NCBI GenBank assembly: GCA_009103225.1
Contig: RHPI01003587.1
Span: forward strand, 186,001-250,000
DNA: 64,000 bases
Source of the DNA: Chlorokybus atmophyticus
Lineage: Eukaryota; Plantae; Mesostigma and Chlorokybus algae
Direction of reading: 5' to 3'
The notes below the pieces were generated by a model that saw only the letters and a list, made by a program, of their open reading frames with translations, had not been told where the DNA came from and did no database searches. Within the stretch, counting starts at the first letter, position 1. Every line of letters starts with the position of its first letter. Of the stretch, positions 26,095 through 38,977 are shown one piece after another. The position numbers and the translations under genes were made by a program.

Positions 26095-28517
26095 TTAATC
26101 AATCTTGCGCATCAGTTTCATGTCATCCTTGGTTAGGGTGACGCGCTTGCGATGGATGGCTACTAGATTTTTGCACGCCATCAACTGGATACATTCACAT
26201 CCATACATGGCATGCATGCGGGTGCACACAGGACTTACGCCTTTTCAAGCAGCGTGACAAGGAAAGTTTCGGCAGCCTCTTGAATGGCGAGTATTGCATC
26301 GGATGTGAACCTGAAAGGATCCTTATCCCTGTGCTGCTCGTTGCAAACCTCCCTGACTAGCCTGGAGAATGGCAGCTGTTACCATACAGTCTAATCAGCA
26401 CAAGTGCAACATGTAGATGGGGCGTGAGCTTGCGGCAACGTGCATCACACCAACCTTAGCAAGAAGCAGCTCAGTTGACTTCTGTTACTTGCGAATCTCG
26501 CGCAGGGCCATGGTACCCGAGCGGTTACGATGTGGCTTTTGCTGTAGCTCTGTCCGACCACGGCGTGCGTGCTTGGGCAGACGCTTGGCGCCTATTGTGG
26601 GGCGACGTCCCTGAATTGTTGCGTTGCTGGCGCGTGGCTTCTTCTTCTGGCGCTTGGAGTTCGAGGCGCCTGACTTCTAGCGCTTGCGCTTTGCGCCGTT
26701 TGTAGTGGTACCCCCTCCCGTAACCTCGTTGTTATCGGCTGCGCCCCCTGTATTGCCGGCAGTGGCATCAGCATTTGGCAGATGAGGGAGAGGGTATCCC
26801 ATCAGGCGGTAGAACTCGTCGGCGTGTGCGTTCAGCTGGGCGTCTATGTTGTCAATGACTGCCTCTATCTGCGCGTAAAGAAGAGTTACACAACCACTCA
26901 TGCCCAGCAACGTAGTGTGCAAGCAGGTTTAGGGTTAGGGTTAGGTCACATGTGCTCACCTCTTTCACTTGGTTGACTAGGAGTGTGTGCTCATGGTCGA
27001 GCTTCTTGTGTTCTGCAGGCGATGTAGACAGCTGCATCTGGAGATTGTCCCTTTTCATTGGCTGGTGTAGTGGGCAGGGCTGCCGCTGCATCTTTGCTTT
27101 GCTTTGAAGCAGTGGCGCGTTTGGCGATGCAGTTGACGAGCTAACCCTTGAGGACTTGGCGTTCATCCTCGCGCGCTTGTAATCGGTCCAACTGCTCTTG
27201 ACTGAACACCCTCAACTGCATTACACTCGCATGCTGCGCAATACAAGCGACAATGTTAGTGCAATGTCAATGTGGCAATAGGCGGAGTGCTTGGGACAGA
27301 CGATGCCGATCAACTGTAGTCCCACAACAACAGCTGCATTTGCTGCTATGATGCACGCAGTGAGGACACAAAGCGCATGCCCACGAACTTTAATTACAAC
27401 AACACTTGCCTTGTCGGCTGGGAGCCCAGCAGACCGAATGGGGCAGAGTCTTGTAGTCCTCACAAACTCGTGCCATGCATGCGTCAAACAAAGTTGTCAA
27501 GGGCTGGCATCATCTCCACATGCAAGCAAACAATGTGCGTTACGGCGTGTAGCTCAAATGTGTATTGCTAGTGTGCTGCAGTCAAAGCATGATCAAAAGA
27601 CTCATGTTGCATGCCACTGGACTAGGGGATGCACGTGGCATGCATGAATGCTGATGTGTCTGGCTGAACAGTAAGGAGAAGGGAATGTGCTTTTTGGGAG
27701 GAAGAGTGCAATGTTATCAGTAGTGCATGCAAGAATGCCATTGCACAAAAGAGGCATGGAACTAGCATGCATACTAGGTGCGTGTGGGTGCCACAGACTG
27801 CACCACAAGGTGGTTGTGCTTAGAGCAGCCGAGCATGAATGCAAGGTGGCTGCAAACCTTGCTTGATTGAAACTGCCCCTAAACATGCATGCAACTGGCA
27901 GGCATAACTAGGTGCACACATGTGCTATGATCTGAACGATAACATGGTTGAAGGGATAAGGCATGGTTGAAGGGATAAGGCAGGCAGGCAGGCATGCAAC
28001 TGTCATAACCTCCTCGCCGCCGAGCGCCGTCACGTTGATGGGTGCATTCTCAGGCGGCTCCTCAGGTGGCTCTACCGGCAAGTTGCCAGGCACCTCTGGC
28101 GTTGTGGTGGTGGCTGCTGCCCTCCCCCCCCTAAAACCATCAGCTACCGTTGGAGTGGCCATGTGGGCGCTAGCAGCGTGCGAGGTGGTGGCAGCCTTGT
28201 TGTCGGCCACCGGCGTTGTGTGCGCCTCCCCAGCCTCCCTAGCCGGCGGGGCGTTGCCCATGTTAGCTACACAATCCGCCATGGTCGACATTGCTGCCGC
28301 CTCCCTCGTTCACCTCGACTATGCCGCCAACCTCGCCGTGATTGGACTTGTGAGGTCAAAAAGCGCGGGAAACCTTTCAGACTAACCTTGCTGGCAGGCG
28401 ACGCTGACAGCCCATCGACACAGGGAATGAGGTAGCATTGATTGTTGGTGGCAGCAGAGGATCCGATGCCCTCAAGGAGTGATGTGACGCCTGTGGTCAG
28501 TGGGCGAGTGTCAGATG
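26095..28517 (-). pseudogene. Multi-exon gene ending in a histone H3 fold with CENH3-like features; 5' part continues at 50286 onward beyond the CACTA insertion
   Basis: 26095-26540 splices to [97 protein letters not shown]. It is preceded in frame by a basic tail and helical exons. Two in-frame stops; the last acceptor appears mutated (tgcag>tgcaa, inferred). Confidence 0.85.
26928..26945 (+). repeat. Short interstitial telomere-like (TTAGGG)n
   Basis: tttagggttagggttagg, inside a predicted intron. Confidence 0.6.
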
Positions 28518-29453
28518 CACACGGATTAACGTTCAAGGACCATGAATGGTCCGTGACGCAAGACCGGGAATTTCCCCCGCTAAGTGAAATTGACGGACCA
28601 TGCATGGTCCGACTTTCATGGACAGTTGGACCATACATGGTCAGAAGTTCACGTGAATGGTACCATTGTTCCTTGGGACGCACCAGGCATGGTGGCCAGT
28701 ATACATGAGATTTATGGACCATGCATGGTGCGATGCCCCCTGAAACAGTGGACCATCCATGGTTTGATGCTTGCTTCATGTCCGATGACTGACAGTCGCA
28801 CCATGCATGGTCCATGGATACGAATTGCAAGTCATGCTTGTTACTGAGATTGCCTGGACCAATCATGGTGCGCTGCCCTCCTTGCACAGTGGACCACATA
28901 TGGTGCCAGTCTGTCCGACAGTCGCACCATGAATGGTCCATGGCTGCCGACAAGGTGTTGCGCATACATGGTCCACAAGTGGCACCACGTACGGTCCTGC
29001 CAGGCACCGCACCATACATGGTGCGGTCTACCTTGATCTGGTGCACCAATCATGGTTTCATCATGTCACATGCATGGAAGCCATGCATGGTGTGCGTGCT
29101 GTTTCATGCACCATGCCTAGTGCATATAATCCGCCACGCATACAATTCACAAAAATGCTGGAATGGACTGTCAATGGACAGTCTGATTATGATCATCAGT
29201 ATCAAGCTAGCGTCATGCACTATACCTACAGTCTCCTACATGCACTACACGCTGCTGTTGACAATCGCAGCTGACAGCAGCTTGGTTGTGTTGCACCTTC
29301 GCCTGGGCAGCTGGACCCCATGTGAAGCCACTCCCATCTTTCCACATTGTGTGCTGACTCCCAGCCTCAGGTTCCACCGACAGCCTCAGGAGCCAGGGAC
29401 ACCCTTGGTTGACAGCCTCTGTGGACAGCCCCTGCAGCCAACTCAAATGTGTA

Positions 29454-30139
29454 TCAAATGTCTGCAAAACAACTGTGAGTCAACCTGTGCTTACACAAGA
29501 CATACAATGTTGACACACACATGCAACTATAGCAGTAAATAGTAAACCACCCACCTGGGATGCCGAGGGCTGTCGCATCCATTGCTTCTTGGGTTGCCAT
29601 GGCTTTTTCTTCCTTCCCTCGCTCAAGGCAATGTGTAGTCGTCTTGACAACTACCCAAGGAATGTCAATGACTTGCAGTTCAATATGCATACCTGGTAGT
29701 TTGCGAGATTCATATCGCCACTCGCACCCTTCTTTGACCTCGTCGTCGGCCACCAACCACTTTTTCTTTGCTGCAAAGTTGACAACTGCTCGCAAGATCC
29801 TCTCGTCTGGATAAGACTCCATTCACTCAGGATCCTTGAATGGCAGCTGGTGACAATTGGTGAATACCGCGTGCTCGATGTGCTTGTAGTACTCGTACAC
29901 GTCCATCGCCTGCTCTCTGGTGGGGGCGTTTGGTTTGGTGTCGCAAACAATTGCAGCTGCAAAATCCAAGTCCATTGCAACTGTTTGATCTTCACAGTCG
30001 AAGATGGCTTTAGCAGCCTGCACATGTCATACATCCGTCTATAGAGTGCATTGGCGACTGTCCATATGGGACAGCCTGCGACTGTCAAGTGATTGTGAGG
30101 ACCACGAGCGCGCGGCATAACGTAACGCCATACAAGCAT

Positions 30140-30192
<53 letters not shown>

Positions 30193-31792
30193 GTCCTCGT
30201 GTCTGTGAGAGGCAGTGAGCAACAGATAGTTGGACACTGTGCGTGATGTTGCAAGAGATGGTATGTGTGCTATTGTGAGTGTGCGAGCAAACGGGTGCCA
30301 ATGAGTCATGCCATGCGCTGACAACAGCCCTCACTGACCTCTGTGTCTGTGCTGTGCCGAGCTGCGGTCGTAGGCAGTAAGTCCTTGATGCAACCCGGCA
30401 CCACAATGCGATCGTCGTTGCCGCATGCCTCATATGGACAGATGCCTCCGCCGGCCAAGAACATCATGGGCCACTCCATCTCCCTGCGCTGCATGTTGTT
30501 TAACACAGAAATGTTCTTGCACTCATGCATCATACAGTCACAGCAGGAGCATATCCACAGCAAGCAATGTACCTCCAGAGTACGCCCACCATGACAGCTG
30601 CTTGCCAGCTGGCCATAGAGAAAATGCCTCTCTTTCACAGGTAGGCGAATGCCAAGGTTGCCATCCTCGCTTCTCACTGGCATCCAGTAGGTAAAATAGA
30701 CATTGTACGTCCGCATTGGATGTTCTGGCTCGCATATGGACTTGACGGCGACGCCAACAACTACTGCGTTGTTGGCAATGTCAAACACCTGATCTTCAGC
30801 GAACCCGTCCGCACCCCTGTCAGGAAATTCCAAGCTAGCAGGCAGCATGCATGTATGAATCCAGTACGCAGCCATGGAGGCACAGCTAAGCAAACCAGTG
30901 AGGACTGTAGAACTTAATCGACAGCCGACAGCACAATAATTACCTCTCTTTCAGCCAAGTAGCCTGTTACTGAGCATCTGTTAGAGGCTCAGTTGTCAAA
31001 GGCGCAAGCATGACCACCTGCTGGTTGGCCGTCAAGTCCCTGCCAATTGAAAAAGTCATGCCCCAGCCAGCAGCAGCTTCAGTAGCGCGGCTGCCTTGGG
31101 TAGCTTCCCTGTCGCTGGATCGCCTTTGCTTCTTGGTAGCATTGCGTTCTTCCGTGCTTTGCCCGTAATCACTACCGCGCTTCGCGCCAACAAAGTACTG
31201 TAGCTGGAGAACATGACTCTTGATTTGTGCTGCAGAAACACAAGCAGATGAGACATGGCAGCGACAGTCCTTTAGTAGCCATCAGCAAGGAGGTCACATC
31301 TTGGAACATAGCATAACGCAACTGGTTACTGAGCAAGCGACGACTAAAAACATGAATGATATGCAGGGCAAGAACTGTCAATGGCAAGACAGAGAAGGAG
31401 ACACAATAAAACCGCGGAGTAAGTGCCATGCTGCTTGGAAGGCTTGCTTCAACACAGCTCAACTCTACTAGCAATTTGCCTTTGGTCCATTTCAGGGTGT
31501 GGTCTGCTTTAAAGTCCAGTGGCTCTGATGCCTTCAATACAGTCTCGCAGACATCGTCCAGCTCCTGCCGGTGCTGGGCGTTTTGCTTGAAGTCTGTGCC
31601 TTGAGGTGGTGGCCACTTGCTCAGCATCTCTTTTTTCAGCTTCGCCAGGTTGTTGATATGCGTTGTGCGCATATGCGTGAACTCTGGTTTCATCAGGAAT
31701 TGCGAGCTCGTCACTTGGCCCAGCAAGTGGTTCCCCTTTGCTCTGAAGCAATCATTTGCAGCGGGCATTTGTCTTGCCTCCCCAGTGGTCAT
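29454..31792 (-). pseudogene. Multi-exon cargo gene(s) of unknown function in copy D
   Basis: Protein-like exons (EDQVFDIANNAVVVGVAVKSICEP...; AAKAIFDCEDQTVAMDLDF...PE*MESYPDERILRAVVNF) separated by GT-AG introns, one containing (CA)n. Has in-frame stops; no recognised domain. Confidence 0.5.
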
Positions 31793-32499
31793 GGTGTCAG
31801 TTGGACTGCTTGAACAAACAACTGAACTTAGAGCAAAGACAGTTGGACTTCACACTGGGGGCAACCCAAGCTGTCAACTGTCAACAGAGACTGTCATGTA
31901 AGCAAGCAAGCGTTCAAGCTGCTCACCTTTCAACAGCTGAAATCAACCGGCAAACAGCACATCAGAAGTGCAAGTGTCCTGGCACCACAGCGAGTGAGCA
32001 ACCCAAGCCGTCGACTGTCAACAAAGACTGTCATGCACGCAAGCAAGCATTCAAGCTTGTAAGCAACCTGCTCACCTTTAAACAGCTGAAATCAACTGGC
32101 AAACAGCACAGCAGAAGTGCAAGTGAGCAACCCAAGCTGTCAACTGTCAATAGGGACTGTCGGACTAGTGCCTTACATAAACAACCGCACAAGCCGCACA
32201 AGCGTTGTGAGTTGGCACAAGCCGCACAAGCCGCACAAGTAGCGCGACAATGCAACTCGCCAAGAGAGCGACGCGGCTGTCGGTAAATTAGGGTTGAACT
32301 CGCCTAGGAATTGACGGCTGTCAGCACCATGATCAAGGGCTGTCTATGGGTTGGCGGCGTACATAAGCATTGCAAGACCTTTGGCATGGTTGTTGTTGTT
32401 GTTGAGCGAAGATTTGGGGTGAAGGGTTTGGTTCAGGGTGTTGTTGGGTAGGCGTCGACAGTCTTTTGGCATAGTGGACAGTCCCAGGCAGTACACCAT

Positions 32500-35400
32500 G
32501 GCTCGAAGGAGGTCGTCCACAGCGCCGCAGTTTATATGGGGGTGCCTGACTGTATGAACAACGTGCACACTGGTCACCATGATGCAAACGGCCAACCTTG
32601 CATGGGAGAGACCAAGCCCACGAAAATCGCACAGCACTGAAACGGTGCTCTGTGCCGAATGATGCGCGTGCTCAGCAATAAGGGAGGGAGGGAGGACAAG
32701 GCTACAGTCGACAAGTTGGCAGAGAAAATTCAGCAATCCATCGGGGTAGGAACCCTCAGGCATTCTTATCCAAGTTTTTGCAACATCATGCCTGGACTGT
32801 CAACGATCTGTGCCTTGCGCATGCGTACAGCGCATTGGCATGGTGCAGATACTATACTTGACAGCCGTTGCTTTAATCTTGCGCATATCGGTTGTAATAT
32901 GAGTGCAACCGTCGTGTCCTTGGACTACATGTTTGAACGCACAATGCAAGTCACCAGCAGCGGCGTGTTGCAGGATGAGCAAGTGCCCCCTTACCCCAAT
33001 CCCACAGTCCCAAACTTGAAGCACTGCAACTGCAAGATGGCAGACATCAAGGGTATTCCAGGATATGTGAGTTACTGAATTCGCACAGCAGCAATGAAAT
33101 CATACTGCAACATGCGTACTAACCCTGCCATGTTTCAGACCAAAAAACTGTACGAGGAAATGCAACAGCTGGTGGCTATGCATACCTGAACACGCAAAGC
33201 AACATGATCTCGAGGAGCGGGAAGATCAAGAGGAGCAGGAGTAGCAGGAGAACCACAGGATGAGGATGAGGATGAGGACAAGGAGGGTGCAATACCCAGT
33301 CCACCGAAGCGGAAACCTTCAAGACGTCGCCAAGCCGCAGCGGTGGATTATGCAGCGGAATTCGCCAGTGCTCTTGAAGAGATGAACAAATTCCAGGTGA
33401 AATGCTACCCCTCAACAGGTTGCAAAGCGCCACCCAAACTTTCTGCTGACTACTTGAGGGTGAGAACATATCATGACAGCCTATGCCAATGTAATGGTCT
33501 GTGATTGTCTTTGTGTTAGAGTCTGATGGTTACTTATCACTGCATTAAACATACTAACCGGGAGATTCCAACCTCAAGCTCATCTATCGTATTATCCAGC
33601 CTCCACAGCTGGAGACAAGCACCAGCTGTGGAGGCTGGATAATGTGGAGGATGCACGAGCATCCACGCGCATCCCAGTCAACGAGCATTCCAAGTATCTT
33701 ACGCACAACTGGTTGATCAAGGACTCAACCATCACTGGTGCTGGACTGGGACGATTTGCCTGCGAAGACATTCCAAACGGTACGTACACGTGTGTGCGTG
33801 TGTATCTTTGTGTGCATGTCTCTCTGTATACTCGCGGATCACTCATGACTTGTGCGCATCTGTGCAGAGGCTTGCCTGTTGCCATATGACGGCAAATTGT
33901 TCAAGCAACAGGAGATGAAGAAGGTCTTGCATTATTACCAGCAAATCAGCGACATCCGACACCACCGGCAATATCACGTCAACCTGTTCCCACCAGATAC
34001 ACCAAGCCAATATCAGGTTGTCATCGACGGGCACCCCCGCACTGGCTGTGTAGCGGCTTACATCAATTCCGCACATGGGCACACTCAGCCCAACATCATG
34101 TTCTACTCGGACTTCGATGACGTCGGCCACCCAGCTGTCACTATGTATGCGGCTAGGGACATTAAGGCAGGGGAGGAGCTACTCTTAGATTACACCCCTT
34201 TCCCTGCGCCACCAGACGGGCAGACAGACCAAGTAAGTGTGATTGCATTGCTGCATGCCCAGTTTGCATGCCTTGTTAATGCGACTGTCAATGCGAGACT
34301 GTGAATGACTCTAAGACTGTGACACTGAAAGCTAACTTGCCTTCGTTGCTGGCAGACCCAACTGTTGCAAACGGAGGATGCGGCGCAGAGGCTTGCGAGA
34401 AATTGGAAGTTGACCATGGAGGACGCTACGTGGTTGCTTACCAGCAAGCCACCAAGGCAGCTTGACGAGAGTGACTTCGCAGATTCCATGTGTTTGGTCC
34501 AGCGTGTCTTCAGCATGCCCAATGCGGACGCAAAGACAAGAATGGTGAGTTGTACTGACAGTCTTCCCATAATGACAGTCTCTCTGACAGTCTCATCAAC
34601 AGTCTGTTGTTTGCATTCCTGTCGCAGTGCACTTGCATGCACTGTGACATGTATGCTAACGAACAAGATCACGTGCATGTGTCAACAGATAGATTTTAAA
34701 GCCCATATTCAGCGTCAAATATCTGTTCATTTCTGTAAAGCGGTTTATGATGCTGCCTACAAAATGAAAGAGGATGCAAACGGACAAGTAGACGCCCTTA
34801 AACAAGTCATTACGGAATTAGACCTACGGATTGAACAAGAGAATGTGATCAGGGTACGTCAGCATGTGGTGCAACTTTCACTTCACACATTTGCTTAAAC
34901 TGTTACCTGTTTTCGAAGGAAAAGGTCGCAAGTATCCACAAAACTTAGACAGCAGCCATTGCTACCAGAGAGGGGGCTCTCACCAGGCAGGCGACAGCAT
35001 TGGCACTGAAGGGAGAGGACTGGGAAAAGGATTGGGAGAGAAAGATCCGGGGTATGCTGCAGAAGGGCTTCAAGGAGTCCAGAAAGGAATGGCTTGACGA
35101 ATACAAGCGGGACATTGTGCGTACACTTGTAAAAGAGCAGAGCGAAGCTGACACACGGGCGGAGGCACAAGCTGCAGCATCTTTGTTGGTGACGATCAAC
35201 AACCCTGATACTTCCCATTCACACGACGATCATCTCCATCAGTTGAGAGTGCCCTTGCACCCCGCACCTCCACTACTGAAGACCTGGCTGGAGAGATAAG
35301 CTGAGCGTGAAAATCCTCCACCTGACACTCCACTTCCCCACAGTCCCAAGAACAGTCCACCTTATGACAGTCGCGCGGACAGTTCACCAGCCGACAGTCC

Positions 35401-37608
35401 ACCTCACCACAGTCTCCATGACAGTCCCCATCCATCTGTCAAGAGAAAGAGAGGGTAAACAAGTGCCCCCATGTCTAAACCCCCAGCTGAGAAGAAACGT
35501 CCCCTTCAGCCAGATTCTCCTGCACGGCAAACTCTACCAGCTGTGCGGCCACAAGCTGGAGAGGAGGCTCTAGCAGCAGCGCGTGATACAGTGAAAGGTT
35601 TTAAGAAGGCCCACGAGGAGCACCGCAAGGCCGTCAATGACGCATCAAGATCGAGCGAGGAAGTGGCAAACGCTGTGGAGATTTCTGCAGAACAGCTGTC
35701 ATTCGCCCTCGGGCTTACAAGAGAAGCATTGGTGAGAATAATTGCATCGCGTACAGTCTTTGTGGAAGAGGGGGGGGGGGGGGGGGGGGGGGGGNACTTG
35801 ATGTCTATGTGCAACAGCAAGGACAAGAGCGCGTTCTTGCAACTCGTGACAACCTGCAGACCAGCCTAGTCAGTGTGAACGAAGCGCGCAAGCAGTATTA
35901 CCAGCGTACTCTTTACCTCGAAGTAGCGGAGTCGCAGCAACAGGTTGCAATCCTTTGCAAGGAGTTACAGGAGACGCAACAGAGGGCTGCAGATGCCAAC
36001 GCTGAGGTCGCCCGGGTGCGCAAGGAGTTGGAGGAGACGATGAAGACAGCATCAAGAACAAACAATGAGTTCAACCTACTCTTAGCCGAGCTGCGCAAGA
36101 GGTTCCATGAATCGGAGCACAGGGCTGGGGCATCAGATGCTGTTATTGCCAAGCTGCGCAATGATTTGGAGGAGACGGAGCAGAGGGCTGCATTAACCGA
36201 TGCTGAGGTCAACAATGTGCGCAAGGGTTTGGAGCATGCGGAGCAGAGGGCTGCAGTTTCCAACTCAAAGGTCGCCAAGCTACAAAAGGACTTGGCGGAG
36301 TTGTAGCATGGGGCTGCAGATTCCAACTCTGAGGTTGCCAACCTGCGCAAGGAGAGGGAGGATTTGCAGCAGAGGGCTGCAACCACCAATGCTGAGGTCG
36401 CCAACCTGCAAGAGGAGTTGACTACAGCACTCGAAGCCGCCAAGGAGCGTGCGGCATCATTTGAGGCCCAGATTCACGGCCTCGAATTACGAAACATTGA
36501 TTTGCAATTGCGCATGCAGGCGATGGCCTCCCGCTCCTCTGCGGGCGCCAAGATTGGGGAAGAGATGGAGAGTTCTCGGCAGCGCATTCGTCAGCTGGAG
36601 CAGGAAATATCAGAGCAAGCGACGAGGCAGTCAGCATCAGAGGCTGTCACAGGGGCTGTCAATGCCGCGACAAGGAGGGCCAATGAAGCAGAGCAGCAGC
36701 TGGCAGAGGCGCAAACCCGCTATCAAAAGCTGGAGTAGAGGCTGGCTGCAGTGCCTTCAACATCAGAGGCTGTCGGAGGGGCTGTCGACGCATGCGTTGA
36801 AGAAAAGCTGAATGAAGCGCTAGCAGGTGCAGAAGCTTTGAACAAGCAGGTGAGAGACCTCAAAGAACAGCTGGACAAGCAGGTAGCAAATCACAGAGCA
36901 CAGCTCTAGCAGCTAGCACAGGATCGTGTGCAGTATCTCATCGGCAGAATCAGGGAGTGGGCGCGTGAGGTCTCCAACCAATCTTTTGCACTGCGAGGCT
37001 ACGAACGTACAATAGTGTTGGGCCGTTTGCCAAACACTCAGCTCTTTGACGATTGGCCACAAAGATTTTGGGAGGACCCAGTCGAATGGCCGGGTATCTT
37101 TATACGGCGTGCAGCTCAATTCAGGCAGGCGTGGCAGCAATCACAACGGAGTGCCATTCCATTCACTGGCTTTCAACAAGGTGCCAGTGGGTTCTGGGAC
37201 TTCTATAGAAACGCCGTGTCGCACTACACTGGCATCTTGCAGGAACCCGAAATCACAAGGCGCGCTACCCTAATTTCCATGTTTGACATAATGGTTGTCA
37301 TGCTATCAACGTTTGTGCACTACCTCCGTGACCTTGACGAAGGGATGGCTTCATTTTGAGGACCAGCGGCAGCGCCATTGTATCAGCTACAGCGTCCAAT
37401 GGACTATGCCGCTGCATGGGCGTGGTTGGCATACCCCGCAGGTGTATCAGCCCTCAGCAGCTACCGCGCTCAGTGCTCCATACTAAGACCTCCTCCTCCT
37501 CCACCTCCTGCTGCTGGTGCTGCTGCTGGTCCTCCTCCTCCTCCTCCTGCTGCTGGTGCTGCTGCTGGTCCTCCTCGTCCTCCACCTCCTCCTTCTGATG
37601 CTGGTTGA
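32500..37608 (+). pseudogene. Large multi-exon cargo gene: unknown N-terminus, SET domain, helical region, long coiled coil, Pro-rich tail; several in-frame stops outside the SET exons
   Basis: Successive GT-AG-bounded exons on one strand; SET exons are in phase with the next exon (acceptor ~34355); 63-bp (21-aa) coiled-coil repeats at ~36100-36420. Start position approximate. Confidence 0.65.
33710..34195 (+). CDS. SET domain (lysine methyltransferase fold), two exons
   Basis: WLIKDSTITGAGLGRFACEDIPN-(intron 33780-33867)-EACLLPYDG...VIDG...AAYINSAHGHTQPN...MYAARDIKAGEELLLDY. All SET motifs present, including the terminal Tyr, with no stops. Confidence 0.88.
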
Positions 37609-37826
37609 TGTTCCCCTGGTTTATAGCTTCAGTGTAAGTTGCCTAGCAATTGGCCTTTGCGCACTGCAAGTAGAACTGCTGGTACGCTTGACCCTTCCTT
37701 GTGTACATAATCTGTGAAATGTACAAGTGTGTTACTCACAGTACCAATGCGTGCTTCGTAATGCCTTGTGCCAAAAACACACACTGATAGTGTTGTTATC
37801 CAACAGTCCTTTGAACAGCCGATTGT

Positions 37827-38977
37827 TCATGGGACTGTCAAGGAACAACACTGATGAGACAAGTGATGCGTACCCGCCTCAGCCTCTCCTGCTTTGTAGT
37901 ACATGATGTGCCTGTCGTAAAACATACGCACAACCTCAGTTGTCGGCTGCTTTTGCCATCTGCCTTGATCAACTTGCTGCCAGTTGAGCTTCCTCTTGAC
38001 CGCAATGGGTGATACCTTTTGGTTGCTACAGTCCTTATGGACCACCCACCGCGGTAGGCCTTGGCGAGCACTCAGTGATCTAGGAGCAGGCTTCAGGTAG
38101 CCAACATGTTGCCTTCATCGTCAACTTGAGGCTGTCGAACAATAACAATCCATGGCGGAGGATCATCAGATACAGGTGCTGGTGGGTTAGTTGGCACGCG
38201 AAAGTCAAAGACCGACTTGTCCTCATCCTCATGTCTCACAAGCAGCACATCCCCGGTTTCAGGCCATACTGGCAGAGGTATATCAGCTGCTCGCAATCGC
38301 AGCTTTGGGTTGCTGAAATCGTAAGCCAGCATGTAGGGGAGCAGTCTTGGTCTCTCCGTCAGCATCCACACTGTGCGCAGCAGCTGGTGGCCTCGGACAA
38401 GAATGTTGGTGTTTTCAAAACGCCCCACATGCAAGGCACCGGAGTCCGCGTCCATGCATTGATATTCAGCAGCATTTTTTCGCAGGCTGTAGCGGTTGAC
38501 AGCAATGTGCACATGGCACTCGGTGTGAAAGAACATGAAGATTTTGTTGACGATGGCTGGCCTGTTTCCATCCAGCATCACAGCATCCTTACAGTCGCGC
38601 TTGTGTGGGTGTGAGAGAGAGAGAATATCAGTCAGTCGTAGTTTAACACAGTCTCAGCATTGACAGTCTGTGCGGCTGTCAATGCTGGGACTGTAGATAT
38701 CAGAGATAGAGACCCTATAACAGTCGCACCAGTGACAGTTTGTGCAACAGTCGTTGGTGGGACTGTCGATGACAACTGTGCTGCATTCATAATCAAGATA
38801 TAAAGCACACCTGTATACCAGGCCATCCCTCATATAAACTTTGTAGTCGCGCACTGTCCGCCGTGTCGGGGTGCCAATGGCAATGTTCTCTTGTGCACAG
38901 ATGCTCTCGAACAAGCCGTCGCTCGCGAAGTAATGAATGTTGCCTCGCCCAATCACTATGCCTTGTTCTTTTATGCA
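37827..38977 (-). pseudogene. 3' portion of the CACTA transposase gene (beta-rich C-terminal region, possibly BAH-like), separated by the gypsy insertion
   Basis: The frame ...AYPTLAHSRRI|KEQGIVIGRG...RDYKVYMRDGLVY rejoins across the LTR element. Later exon reads ...WPETGDVLLVRHED...DPPPWIVIVRQPQ. Contains stops. Confidence 0.55.

Noticed and set aside
26095-37608. Alternative genetic code (TAA/TAG = Gln, as in some ulvophytes) explaining the in-frame TAG stops
   Set aside because: The 805-aa RT and 449-aa YR ORFs are Gln-containing yet have no internal TAR, and TRXo, gypsy gag, Tigger and the RT ORF end at TAA/TAG where expected. TGA stops and frameshifts also occur in the decayed genes.
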